Assembly (NCBI GenBank): GCA_026914245.1
Contig: CP110439.1
Location: 8,432,001-8,496,000, forward strand
Direction of reading: 5' to 3'
From: Puccinia triticina
Lineage: Eukaryota
Length of the DNA: 64,000 nt
Shown: positions 48,671 through 60,441 of the stretch, in pieces
How positions within the stretch are numbered: position 1 is the stretch's first letter
Layout: each line of letters starts with the position of its first letter
Translations under genes and position numbers: made by a program
Notes under the pieces: model-generated
Told to the model about the DNA's origin: nothing
Databases searched by the model: none
What the model saw: the letters and a program-made list of their open reading frames with translations, nothing else

Positions 48671-51600
48671 CTCGGTCCCAGAATATTGGCAAGCCGGGTT
48701 ATCCAAACATTGATGACATTGCGGCAGCCATTAACAACATTCAGAAGGGCAACACTGGCCCGAGCGACCCGAACTTACTGGTGGGACAACCGTGTCTCTA
48801 TTGTGGGGTTATGGATCATTGGAGATCTACGTGTCCAATTCTCCGCAGGGACGCCGGCCTGCAATTGCCTAACACCCCAACACCTGGTCGCCCCGCTTCC
48901 AGTTTTGCCCGTCAGGCAGCATCTCCGAACGACCCACCCACCCGTCCTGATGAGAATGCGGCAGTTTGATTGGCGGTGGGTGCGGATGTGACAGGTGCTG
49001 CTGAAGCAGGCACTGTTTTGGATTCTGGGGCGACCCACCACGTGAGCAGATCTCTCCATCATTTTTCTTTTCTCAAAAGTTTACGACCACCAGTGAGACT
49101 GAATCTGGCATCGTCTGCGGGTTATATGATGGCTACACACAGTGGGCACCTCCGGATAACCAGTGGGGCTGGTACCCTAGCAGTCCCACAGGTACTGTAC
49201 AAAGATGGCACTTTAAACCCGGGTACCTGTGGCGGGTGCGGGTACCTGCGGCCTATTTCAACCCAATCTTGACATCCGCATCTGTAACCAAACCCGCTGG
49301 CGGGTACCTGCGGCCATGGGTGGGTACCCGCCCAGATACCCGCCGGGTACCCGCCACTCACAAAGCACTGAGACAGCAAGATAACTTATATTTGCATACT
49401 ATATACAAATAGGGTGATGGCAGGGTGATATAATTTCACTCAACCATCAACACATCGCCTTCAGAGGCACCAATTTCCTTCGCGCCAGTCTTAGCCTTAC
49501 TTTTTTTCTTTTCCATGTAGTTGTGGAGCGCCAGAGGCGAAATCTTCCAACTTTTTGAATAGAACGCCAATTCCATTCCTCTACTTACCAATTTTGCGTG
49601 GAGGTTGTGTCTCCTGGCGGCGACATAGTCGCGGCCAAAGCTGAAAGTCCGTTCCACATCGACTGTAGTTGCCGTATGAAAATAAAAGTTTTAGTTATTT
49701 TTGTGTTGCGATAAAGATGAAATAAGAATCTGATCTTACCTGGGCAGCTCATGATGTCAAGGGCCATCTGTAAGAGGCCATTGTGATTATTACCGCTCTG
49801 TTTCTCCTTGGCCCACCACTTAAGGGCATTGATTGGCTCGCCGTCTTCCAAATGGAGGCCGCCTGATAGCCATATGTCAATCGGATCTGACAGAGACTCA
49901 GCAGATCTTGCTACAGCAGCTGCACCAAGCCCTGCCAGAACCCCAGTTTGCGGCTGGAGGATGCTGTGATTAGTTCAATTGGTCAGAGTGAGAAATATGT
50001 GTAGAAAGATTACCTTCAGCGTTCCTTTCCTTGGTGGTCTGGGGGCTGAATCTAAGTCCCTAGGCTTATACCACTTCTCGTACATCTCGCGAGTAAGAGC
50101 AATCGCCTCGTTGATCCATTCCTTAGGCAATTTGGCCAGCTTAAAATATTCATCCTTGAACAACGGATGGAGCACTGGAAGTATCAAAAAATTAATATTT
50201 ACTTTACATTTAATTTGATTAGAATCAGTCAAAACTCACCCATTGCTATTCTGTATATGGGTGAGCAGTCTGTAAGTGCGTAGTACTTGTTTGTAATTTG
50301 AAGCCCAGCACAGCATGCATTTCGTAATGCGGCAGGGTATGAATGATCCTTGTTTGTAATCACGGCCGAAAGGTTTGCGGTGATTTGGTCGATCATAATG
50401 ACGACTTCGGCAACTCGAGCAGAGCCTTGTGTTGATATTTGAAGAGTGATGTCATAAAACGGTTTCAGAACCTGCACCAGGTCTGCAGCCAAGTCAAAGT
50501 CTTCCTGGTTCACATGGAAGTTGCAGGCGGTGCCAAACCTTTTATCACGCTGCCACATAATACTGCAAAATATAGATACATATTAGTTTTGTTCATCCCT
50601 CGCGCAATCCATTGATATGCAAAGAGACTTACATGGCCTTCTCGCATCTGACAATGCTCAAAAGCTGCAAGTATGTCGAGTTCCAACGAGTCGGGACATC
50701 TCGTTCGACGTTATGAGGCTTCTTGCACTGGTTTCCCTGACAATGCTCAGTAAATTTTGCTTTCGAGTTCGGGGATTTCCTCAATTTGGTGGCAATTGCA
50801 CGAAACTGAATGAAAATAAATATGAATTTTGAGGGTTAAAGGGAAGGATCAAAGGCACAGGGGAAAAAACCAACCTTTGCAAGCGAACAACGACACGAGT
50901 CAGAAGTATAAACATCATCATCTTTTTTGTCTTCAAGATCTTCAATATCGGCCAGAGTGGCCTCGTCCTCTACTGCTAGTTCGACATTGCATGCCTCAGG
51001 AAGATTAGTGGGCACCTCTTCATCTTCAGATTTGCTTTGCTCTTCCTCGTCATCAAACCTGTAGAAATATGTATACAAGCTTTAACCGGATGTTTTGACA
51101 TCTGAGCAAGTAAGATTGTGAAATTGCTCACCCTTCAATGAGATCCTTAAGGTCTTCCTCCTCATCATAACCCTCATCCTCAGTATCTCCAGGGGTGCCT
51201 TTTTTGTTACGTGCAAATGGCCGAGGAACCGCCTTGACAATGAGATTGAGGATATGTGCAAAGCACCGTATCCACTGCGGCTCGCCTTTGAACCACTTCC
51301 AATCAAGCTTTTCTAACTCGGCAATCATCGTCCCATTGTTTGCCGCGTTGTCGGAAACAATACCACAGATCTGGAGAGAGGAATAGATTGATGAAATTGA
51401 TTAGTTCAAGATGCAACCAGAAAAGAGACAGGCAGGAATATGACTGTACCCGGTTTTTCAATTCAAACTTCTCAACGATGTACTCAACCATACGCGCCAA
51501 GTATTTTACAGTATGCCTTTCTTGAAGCTGGACAAAGTCCAGAGGCATTGCATCCAACTCAACTGTTGTCCAAAAGTCGGTAGACCACTGCTCCAACAAT

Positions 51601-53839
51601 GTCAAATCCATTTGGGGTCTGCCAAGCATCAACCCCCAAGTAAAGGGCCCCCTCATGGACCTGAATGGAAGTCAGGGGTTTGAAGTGCTGCAAGTCAAAA
51701 AAGATAGAAGTAAAAAAAAAAAGCTAACTCACTCGCAATTTCTCACAAAGGTTCTCCTGCACACACAAGTAGAGAATATGAATTGCTTTCAAGACCTTCT
51801 TTCGAGTCGGAAGATGTTTCAGGATTGTCGGATGAATAAGCCTCTTGAAGCTGGGTTCTTCCAAAGCCGAGAACGGATTTGCTCCCTCAGCACACCAAAG
51901 AGCACACCGCTGTAAGACCTGGAGGGAGTAGGCAATTCCAGAGAGTCAGATGAGTCTTAAAAAACACAGATAATGTCATGAATGGGGTGACTTGCCTCCC
52001 GCCGGTCAATCTTGCCTGTTCCCGATATACCAACTGATGCAAGAGTCTGGTTATTTGAGGGTTTCTGATGTGTCCTCAGGCATTGGCCTGCGTGTGTTGT
52101 CAGAATTCTGGCTCATCTTCTTCGCTCACAGTCTTCCTTTTTCCATCACTGATTAGTGATGCCCTAACCCCCCCTTTTTTTTAATCTATCATCTTCCATC
52201 ACAATGTGTGATGTGGTATTTATTTCCATCAATTATTTATTGATGCTTTCCATCACAAGATTGTGATGTGTATTTTCTCTTTCCATTGTTAAGTTACAAT
52301 GCCTTCCACATGTTAATGTTTCTTTAACATGTGTCTATCTCTCCTTCCATCTCATGTGAGATGTCTGTTTTGTTTGTTTTGTCACTTAGGCCCCCTTTGG
52401 ATCTTGCAAGGGGGCTCTCTAGTTGTGACTACATATTTCCTCTGCTTGTATTTGAAATCAAATCATCAAGTCAGAGCTCAAACTACCCAGACCCATCTTT
52501 GCTCCTTGCAACGGTGGGCCGCTACGCTAAACTATCCGTAGCGTGCGCTATCCGCTAGTTTAGCGTTGCGTAGTTCCTGACACATTGCCGTTAGTTGTAG
52601 CACCCGCTACGCTAACGGGCGCTAACAGCGCTATCAGCTTTTTTAGCGGTGTGGAACTCCGACCGGTGCTGGGCCGTCGGCAGTTACTGGAAGGGAATGT
52701 TGCGCTGTGCGCTGCCTTCGCGGTGGTCCGGGGGAGATTCTAGGATTCGAGAGATAGCGGAATTTTTGGGGGGGGGATTTTGGTTTGAGACGACGAGAGG
52801 TAGATTCCCGTCGGCGGTGGTTTGTTTGTTGAGAATCTGGGGGAAAGCCGGCGAACTGGACCGGGGAACAGTGATCTTAAGGAGAGGAATCTGGAAGAGG
52901 ATCCGCGCGGGGCTGAGAGGAGAAACTCAGAAGCTCCGCGAGTATATCGGTGAACAAGGATCAATAAACTTTTTAGATTCGAGTTGATGAGATGATCTGA
53001 CAAAGAAAATTTTGGTTCAGACGAAATCCCATGCCGCCCCATCGTCTGAGTTCGAACTGAACTCAGACTCCGGGGACCGCGACATGCTGCGGACAAGTCA
53101 TCATACACCCACGCGCACAAGCGCGCAACAACAACCAGGGGAAACAGAAAGGAAAAGAAAACAAAACACAGTAATAGGAAGCAGGAAAGAAAGAACCAAC
53201 AGTGAAACAAAAAAAAAAAAAAAAAAAACAAAGAGGAAAGGAAAAAGACAGAAAAACTTAAGACGCGCAATGCCAAGTAAGAAAGGAAACAGAAGCCAGA
53301 AACCAAACAAGGAAACAAAACCCACAGCAGATGCTGTGTTAGGACCAAGAAAGAGAAGAGGGGGGGAAAAGAAGGGGGAAGGAAGGAAAAAGACCTAGGA
53401 AAGGGAGAGTTAAAGAAATGAGCAGGGATGAAGTGCCCGAATCTTGAGGATCTTGACGCTTGGAAGAGGGGAAAATTCTTGATGCTTGATGGTCTTGCCG
53501 CCGCTGTGTCTCGAATGGAAAAATGATTGAAAACGGAATGAATCGCCGACACTACGAGATTGATCACCACATCTCCTCCACAATTGCAGTCTGTCCCTAG
53601 ACTGCACGCGCCGCGCCGCGGACAAAGGGAAAAGACGCCGGAAGGAGGGGTAAAAGATCCGATGATTGAACCTGGGAGGAAGACAAATGGGGAAAAGGAA
53701 AAAAAAAAGGAATCTGAGGCCCTAAAAAGGAAAAAAAAGCAAAACGACCACCACGGCGAGGCTCACGAGTGTGGCTAAAGTAGGGTTTTTTGACATGTGA
53801 CGGTAGTAACTACCCGGAGATGCATACCAGGAGAGGAAC

Positions 53840-56800
53840 TTACTTCTGGTCAGGAAAGTCCTCGCGTGAATAGAACCTTTTCACCTGATCAGCAGCAAAA
53901 CGCCGCTTCAATTCCGTGCCGTTGAGTTCCGCAAGAACATAAGAACCTCCAGGCACCTGCTTCACGACGCGGTAGGGGCCGTTCCACCGATGCGCGAACA
54001 GCTGCCCCCACTGCGTCTCGAGGGATCGATTGAAAGCAAGAACTCGATCGCCAGGCTTGAGGGGTTCTCGCAATTTTGACGAATTTTTCTCTTCCCGGTA
54101 GCGCAGGGAGTCGCCCCGCGCTTCCATGAGCTTTTTGTAGGCAATTGCGCGCGTCTCCTCGCTGCGCTCAAGCTGGATGGAACGTGCGACTAGGAGATCA
54201 GTCGTGTCCTTCACCGCGTCCCAATCGACGCCCAGGTATGATTCGATTTCAAGATCTAGAGGGAGCACCGCCCGTTGACCGAAAACTAGCTCGTAAGGGG
54301 AGTAGCCAGTCGTTCTTTTTGTCGAAATCCGATCAGAGAAGAGAACCAAAGGCAGATACTTGCGGCAGTTCTTTCCGCTCTCGCCCGCCAACTTCACCAA
54401 CGCAGACTTGATAGGACCGTGACCACGCTCAACCATCCCTTGGCCTTCCGGGTAGTAAGGCGTAGAAACTCGGTGCTGTCCCGGCAGCGCGCGCAGCATC
54501 TCCGCTAGCACGCCGCCAAACTCGGATCCGCCGTCTGTCGAGTAAGAGCGCGCAAGACCGTAGCGCATCGTCCAGTTCTCTTGAAGAAAAGCCGCAACTG
54601 CCTCGGAAGTGAGGTTGTTTAAGATCTTTGCCTCGACCCATCCCAAGAAGTCGTCTCGAGCGACGATAAGGTACTTAGCCCCGCTGGCCTTGAGATGTAC
54701 CGCATCCATTGAGACACGGCCGAAAACGGTAGATTCGCCGGTGGGGTAACGTAGCTCCTGGGGCCGTCTGAGGTCTTTCTTCTGACATGCTTCACAGCTT
54801 TGACACCAGCGCGCCACGGATCGCTTGAGAGATGGCCACCAGAAACGTTCCGAGACACGTCGATAAGTCTCAGTTGTGCCGCGATGTCCCAAGTCCTCGT
54901 GGAGCTTCAACAAAATAGAATCTTGTTTCTCGGAGATGGTTACAACAATGCGCGGCAAAGGGGTGCCGCGCTTCATAAGGCGTCCAGCCTGTAAGAAGAA
55001 ATCCGTTGATCTGCGCTTCAGCGCGCGAAACTCCTGCTCGTCAGATCCGTCTGGACAAGAGAGTGTCGCGAGAAAGATCTCCATACGCCGCCAAAAGCCC
55101 TCCTGATACCCAGAGTAGCCTGTTTTGGAGTTGACGGCAAAAGAGTAAAGCGGTCGGATTGTTGGAAAGTCCTCATTGAACTCAGAAGAAGGGGGATCCG
55201 ATTCGTCCTCGCCTTGAGGGCGCCTTGAGAGACCGTCCGGCATGGTGAAAGACTTGCCAGGCCAATGAACCACATCAAAAGAGAAGAGCTGGATGAACGC
55301 CACCCAGCGCGTCATAGGAGCGTTAGGGAGACTTGGCGCGTTAATCATCTGAATAAGGGACTGCGCGTCGACCTGAAGCTCAAAATGCTGTCCCCACAAG
55401 GTAGTTTGCAGCTTCTTGAGGATTCTAGCGACGCCGCATAATTCCAATTTTGACTGAGAGTAACGTGACTCGACGTCGGAAAACAATAACGACTCGTAGA
55501 GCGCGGGTCGGTCCAACCCATTGGAATCTTCTTGAGTGAGGACCGCGCCAGCCGCGTGGAAACTAGAATCTACGGCGAGCTTGATCTTTCCCGCCTCCGG
55601 CCCGTAATCGATCTTGACCAGGACAATGTCCTTCCCAACGATCAGCTTTAGCTCCTCGAACGCATCCTCACAGTCCGGGGTCCAAACAAAATCCGCGTCT
55701 TTACGCGTCAGACGACGAAGCGGCAGGCAAAGCTGAGAGAGGGAGGGGATGAAAATCCTGACATACACGACCACGCCCAAAAACCCGCGAACCTCCGTCG
55801 CGTTAGCCGGTGTGGGCCAAGAGAGAATCTTGTTGACTTTGCTCTTTGCCATACGACGGCCTTCCTTGCAAACGACATGGCCCACTATTTCCAGGGCCGG
55901 AACGCACGCCGCCAGTTTAGTCGCGGAAACTGTAAGGCCGGACTCCTCAATACGGAAAAGAACTCGCTCGAGCGTTTTGGCGTACTCCCAGATGAAACGG
56001 CGTATGGTGGGATGCCAATCTAGAACCGCGTCGTTGTAGTCAGAGACTGGGCCCTTGATGCCCCCATCATCTATGAAAATTCCCGCGTGATCCGGAATCT
56101 CGTCTTGAAGAATCCAGACCATCTGGGCCTGATACACAGCAACAGAGTTTGTTGCGCCTTGAGGGAGTCTAGTCAGCTGGAAACGTCCGAGCGGCGTGTC
56201 AAATGTCGTAAGAGGGCGAGAAATGGGATGCAGAGCGCACTCGTCATAGCCACCCATAATATCCCCTAGCCCGTAGCACGCGCGTCCGGAAAATGACTCC
56301 ACGAATTCTTCGGTCGCAGGGGGTACGCCCGCATCTCTAATCGTGACTTTGTTCAAAGGTTGCAGGTCATGAACAATCCGGAGCTTGCCGTTACTTTTCA
56401 ACACGCAGAAAACGGGGCTGGTGTAGCTCGACGTCGACTGCTCATACAGGCCAGTCCGCACTCGATCCCTTATGATCCAAATGTATTTGTCCATCTTAGC
56501 CGCTGGGATGGGAATTTTCTTCTTCTGCCAGGGTTCGTGCTCGATGACCGGAATGATGTAGGGAAGGCCATAAGATTCTTTAAGAAGTCCGCGCTGTGAT
56601 TCATTGAAAGCTATTGCCAGACTACGCTCCGCCAGAACGTTTTTGATAAGATCCAGCTCAGCGGGACGCAGCCATCCTGGCGGCCCAAAGTTTACGACTT
56701 GAAGACTCTTGGCAGTGACTCGCCCACGCGGAACGAACGGGCCCGCAAGAAACCTAGGGAGCCCTCGATAAGGATCCCGCAACAAGGGTGGGCGCTGGAG

Positions 56801-57559
56801 CGGAGGGTTGAGTTCCTGGGGCATGGGTTGATTCACCGGCCGTATCTTGCGCGCCACCGGTTTGTATTTAGCGGCAAAGACGAGGAAGTCGCCGTTTCGC
56901 CAGGAATCCGCAAGAGTTGCTTGAGCGCGCTGACTGAGGCCATGCTCCAACAAGAGTCCAGTTCGATGCTCCCTCTCGCTTTCGAACGCCGACTTTTCTG
57001 AGAAGGAGAAACCAAACGAAGACTTGTGGCTCACGAGTGTGGCTAAAGTAGGGCTTTCACAACGTGTAGAGATACCCTCGGAGGTGCAACTATGGGAGGA
57101 ACTTACTTTTAGTTCTCCCAAGCACCACGACGCACCGTATTCACCCTCCTCATTAACCCTAGAGAAGGGGTCCTTGACCAATAGTTTCACCTCATCACGG
57201 AGGGTCATTAGTTTTACCTCGTCGCGGAGGCTCGGAAGTTTAGCCTCATTGCGGAGGGTCTCGAAAGACGGAATTAGATTACCCTTGTTGCGGAGGACCT
57301 CAATGGGTAGGACGAGTTTATTCTCTTCGCGGAGACGTGTTTTGGAAAGTAGTTTAGTCTCGTCTCGGAGACGAGCCGAATCGGGGCGCTGAGTTTGACC
57401 GTAACTGAAAAAGGAACCAACAGGTTGCGGGTGGCTCACGAGTGTGGCGGAACGTAGAGCTTTTGACGAGAGGGTGGCATCCGGCCCGGAGGTGCATAAT
57501 TGGGAGGAACTTACTTTTAGTTCTCCCATCCTCCGCGGGGCACCTAAAATCTCCTCCAC
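53840..57559 (-). CDS. Gypsy pol: reverse transcriptase, RNase H, integrase
   Basis: 1239-aa ORF with LPQGATNS/IFIDD, LAVDSS...YSQSKLEL, an HHCC zinc finger, TDGGSEF...GMVER and the GPY/F motif WNGPY. No evident chromodomain. Confidence 0.95.
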   Translation of the reverse strand: MEEILGAPRRMGELKVSSSQLCTSGPDATLSSKALRSATLVSHPQPVGSFFSYGQTQRPDSARLRDETKLLSKTRLREENKLVLPIEVLRNKGNLIPSFETLRNEAKLPSLRDEVKLMTLRDEVKLLVKDPFSRVNEEGEYGASWCLGELKVSSSHSCTSEGISTRCESPTLATLVSHKSSFGFSFSEKSAFESEREHRTGLLLEHGLSQRAQATLADSWRNGDFLVFAAKYKPVARKIRPVNQPMPQELNPPLQRPPLLRDPYRGLPRFLAGPFVPRGRVTAKSLQVVNFGPPGWLRPAELDLIKNVLAERSLAIAFNESQRGLLKESYGLPYIIPVIEHEPWQKKKIPIPAAKMDKYIWIIRDRVRTGLYEQSTSSYTSPVFCVLKSNGKLRIVHDLQPLNKVTIRDAGVPPATEEFVESFSGRACYGLGDIMGGYDECALHPISRPLTTFDTPLGRFQLTRLPQGATNSVAVYQAQMVWILQDEIPDHAGIFIDDGGIKGPVSDYNDAVLDWHPTIRRFIWEYAKTLERVLFRIEESGLTVSATKLAACVPALEIVGHVVCKEGRRMAKSKVNKILSWPTPANATEVRGFLGVVVYVRIFIPSLSQLCLPLRRLTRKDADFVWTPDCEDAFEELKLIVGKDIVLVKIDYGPEAGKIKLAVDSSFHAAGAVLTQEDSNGLDRPALYESLLFSDVESRYSQSKLELCGVARILKKLQTTLWGQHFELQVDAQSLIQMINAPSLPNAPMTRWVAFIQLFSFDVVHWPGKSFTMPDGLSRRPQGEDESDPPSSEFNEDFPTIRPLYSFAVNSKTGYSGYQEGFWRRMEIFLATLSCPDGSDEQEFRALKRRSTDFFLQAGRLMKRGTPLPRIVVTISEKQDSILLKLHEDLGHRGTTETYRRVSERFWWPSLKRSVARWCQSCEACQKKDLRRPQELRYPTGESTVFGRVSMDAVHLKASGAKYLIVARDDFLGWVEAKILNNLTSEAVAAFLQENWTMRYGLARSYSTDGGSEFGGVLAEMLRALPGQHRVSTPYYPEGQGMVERGHGPIKSALVKLAGESGKNCRKYLPLVLFSDRISTKRTTGYSPYELVFGQRAVLPLDLEIESYLGVDWDAVKDTTDLLVARSIQLERSEETRAIAYKKLMEARGDSLRYREEKNSSKLREPLKPGDRVLAFNRSLETQWGQLFAHRWNGPYRVVKQVPGGSYVLAELNGTELKRRFAADQVKRFYSREDFPDQK

Positions 57560-57898
57560 AATTGAACCATAAAGCTCGCACCCAGAAGACGCCGCCGCGC
57601 TCGAGTCGGCTCGAGAAAAACACGCAAAGCTTGCTGGCTGAGAAAATCTTGAGGCACGAGAAGTTGAAATGATTGGGAGGCTGAAACGTCCGGAAAGAGG
57701 ATCAAAAGAAATGTTTTTTGGATTTGATTGATTTTCTTGATGTTTTTTTGGTTTTGTTGGCCTTGAAAGATGACGATGGAATAGGAAACTGAGAGGAGAA
57801 AGAAGAGAAATAACCGTGAGACTCTAGAAATGAAGTTGATCCAGCGGCAGGACCGCGAGACTCTAGATTAAATCCGCCGCATTCCGGGTCAACTTCTC

Positions 57899-60230
57899 CT
57901 ATAAAAAATGCCGGCCTTTGACAGGGTCTTCGCGAGCCTTACCCTTACGGGTAAGGACCGCCTTGCGCCCGTTACCCGGAAAGTCGCGCTCCCAGCGGCC
58001 TGAATCCACTGAGCAAAGAGAGATCTCAATTCTTCGGCCGGTTGCGTCCGGGATGAGGATTCTCTCTCCAGTCTGACCGGAGAAATCAAGTGTGGCGTCG
58101 AAATCCATGAGAAAAGGTCTGCCCAAAATGATGGGACCGTCCATCCGGGTGATCCAAAAGTGGCAAGTTCCGACGATGGACTTGCCGATTCTGATAGGGA
58201 CGTCCTCTGCAACGCCTACCAACTCGCAGGCCTGATTACCGATTCCATAGACCGCCGAACTGAAGTTGACTCGAGGGCTGAGGTGAAGCTTTGTTGCCTT
58301 AGCATCCGAAATCAAGTTCAATTGGGAGCCTGAATCTACAAGGGGAGCTGCGTTACCCTCGTCCTCGCCGAGAAGGCATGGGAGGTACCCCAACGGGCAC
58401 GAGTAAAGGCGGTTCTCCTCTCTTGGGGGATCCAGAGAGTCTCCCATTAGAGTACCCGATGAGACCTTCAATTCACCTGCTCCCACCTCCACTCGGCGAC
58501 GAGAGACCCACTTCTTCATGCCATCTGCGACTGCCGGAGAGATGGCGAAAATCTCCGAGACCGTAAGTGTTGGAACCGGGAGATCGGATATCTTCTTAAG
58601 TACTCCATCAACAGCACAGACTGATAAGAGCCGGAAAAAGACTGCGACGAAACTGCTGGAGGATACCAGGGATCTAAGGTGCCGCAGGTCGTCCGAAACT
58701 CTGTCTCCGCCACATTCGTCTTAGGCTGGTAGGATGCAACAACATGGCGGATGGGGCGCGAGGAGTTGAACGGAATCAGGGCTCCATTGGGAAGGAAGAA
58801 GTTCGTTCCCTTCTGCTCGACCAACTTATCGTCTTTGTCCTTCTTCAGCTCAAAACAACGGGCCGTGCCGTGGCCCTCACGATGACAGTAGTAGCAGACT
58901 AAAGGGCCGCGAGATCCAGAAGAGAGATTCGGCGGCGACGGAGTCGCCGCAAGTTCTTGCTTCAGCCGCTGTTCGAAGGACTGCAGCATCCGCGTCAGGT
59001 CTTCCACAGTAGCAGGGGCCTTTGACTGATCCGCCGTTTCCTTGGGTCGGCGATCCGCCTCCATTTTGAGCATCACGTCGTTGGACGCCTTGAAAGGTCC
59101 AGGAACCGGATTTGAAGATCGAGAATCCTCAAAAGTCAAAGCTGTCTGTGTCTCCATCACGGTGGTAACGGCGGCTTTGAGTAGTTGAAACGACGGAAGC
59201 CGGAAGCGCTTATCCAGAGTCGTCACCATGGCCTTCTCCTTGATGAGTTGCGCCCGGATCCGCTCTTGAAAAACCGACGAGAAGGCTTGGTAGTACTTCT
59301 TCCTCAGCTCCTCCTCGGAGTCAATGTGATTTTTCAGGATCAGATAGGATTGGATAGGCTCCCAGGACTTGCGGAACGCCTGATACTCGGAGACCGACGA
59401 AACGCCGCCCTTAGCTGCCCACAGATCCACGAGCGCGTCCAAATCCCGCTCCGTAAACAGGGCCTTATCGACATCGCCCCAATAAGCGATCATTGCTGCC
59501 TTCAACTTCGGCCAATCCGGGGGCTTATACCCCTCCAACGTAGCGAGGATCGTTAGAACCTCGCCTTCCTGGACAAAGCACCCAAGCTGACGCGCCATGT
59601 CATACTCGGATGCGCCGTCCAGTTGCGCTGCGAGCTCGTAGAAATCGAGGAACTGCTCCACCTCAGAGCAACACTGGGTCGCTACGCTAACCATAGCGGT
59701 TAGCGTAGCGTAGCGCAGCGCGAATGCGCTATTTTTTAGCGTAGCGTTAGCGCAATTGCATGCATATGCGCTAACGCTATGCGCACGCGGTGCGCAGCTA
59801 TTTTAGCTGATAGCGTAGCGTTAGCGCAGATGCGCGCAATTGCGCTAACGCTACGCATGCAGGGCGCAAAAGAGCGCGCGCTACGCTGCGCTACAGCACT
59901 TTAGCGGGAAAAAAGGGCTTTTTTCCGCTAAAAGCGGTGTAGCGCAGCGCAGCGTAGCGTAGCGACTGTAGCGGCGCGCTAACGCTAACAAAGAATTGGC
60001 GCGCTGTTAGCGCCGCTGAAAATTAGCGCAGCGTAGCGGCGCTAACAGCGCGCTAACGCTATGCAAAATAGATGGGCGCTTTTTTCCGCTACGCTAAAGC
60101 GTAGCGCTGAAATAGCGTAGCGTAGCGTAGCGACCCAGTGTTGCTCAGAGCCATCAAAACAAAGGCCCTTCTTCTGGGGCTTGATCTTGACCATCCGTCC
60201 ACCGGGTGGTCCTGCTGATGCGTCGGCCAT
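57899..60230 (-). pseudogene. Gypsy gag-protease, disrupted by a MITE and a frameshift near 58620
   Basis: MADASAG...CFDGS|EVEQFL rejoins after MITE removal. Zinc knuckle CYYCHREGHGTARC and protease LVDSGSQ...ILGRPFL. Confidence 0.88.
59669..60143. mobile_element. MITE with 7-bp TSD, near-identical inverted copy of 48193-48670
   Basis: Same TIRs and TSD ctcagag. Inserted in Gypsy gag. Confidence 0.92.
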
Positions 60231-60391
60231 TGCAAAGAAAGGAAGATAATCCAGAGCTTTTGCTCCCTTAAGCCTCCGCCGCTGAACACTAATCGACAAA
60301 AAAAAGAAAAGAAATAAGAACAAGCGAATTTATGCTCAATATTGGAAAAGCAAGACTGGTGACCGCCAAGCGTCTTGAAATCCCGTAGGGA

Positions 60392-60441
60392 CGAGACTGT
60401 AAATCTTGAGGTCGCTGGTTCGATCCCGGCTCGGGGGACCA
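60392..60441 (-). promoter_or_regulatory. Gypsy primer-binding site, complementary to the 3' 50 nt of mature tRNA-Tyr(GTA)
   Basis: Plus strand reads cgaga-ct-gta-aa-tcttg-aggtc-gctgg-ttcgatc-ccggc-tcggggg-a-cca, 2 nt from the 5' LTR. Confidence 0.9.

Noticed and set aside
52740..53570. Phe-rich membrane protein and Lys-rich antisense ORFs (also 60806-61364)
   Set aside because: They arise from A/T-run low complexity inside the Gypsy LTRs.
53760..53845. Self-cleaving ribozyme in the thrice-repeated Gypsy motif
   Set aside because: No hammerhead, HDV-like or twister core could be fitted by eye. Kept only as an unspecified cis-element.
60392..60441. Functional tRNA-Tyr gene
   Set aside because: The 5' acceptor strand and D arm are missing, CCA is encoded, and the position is that of a PBS.
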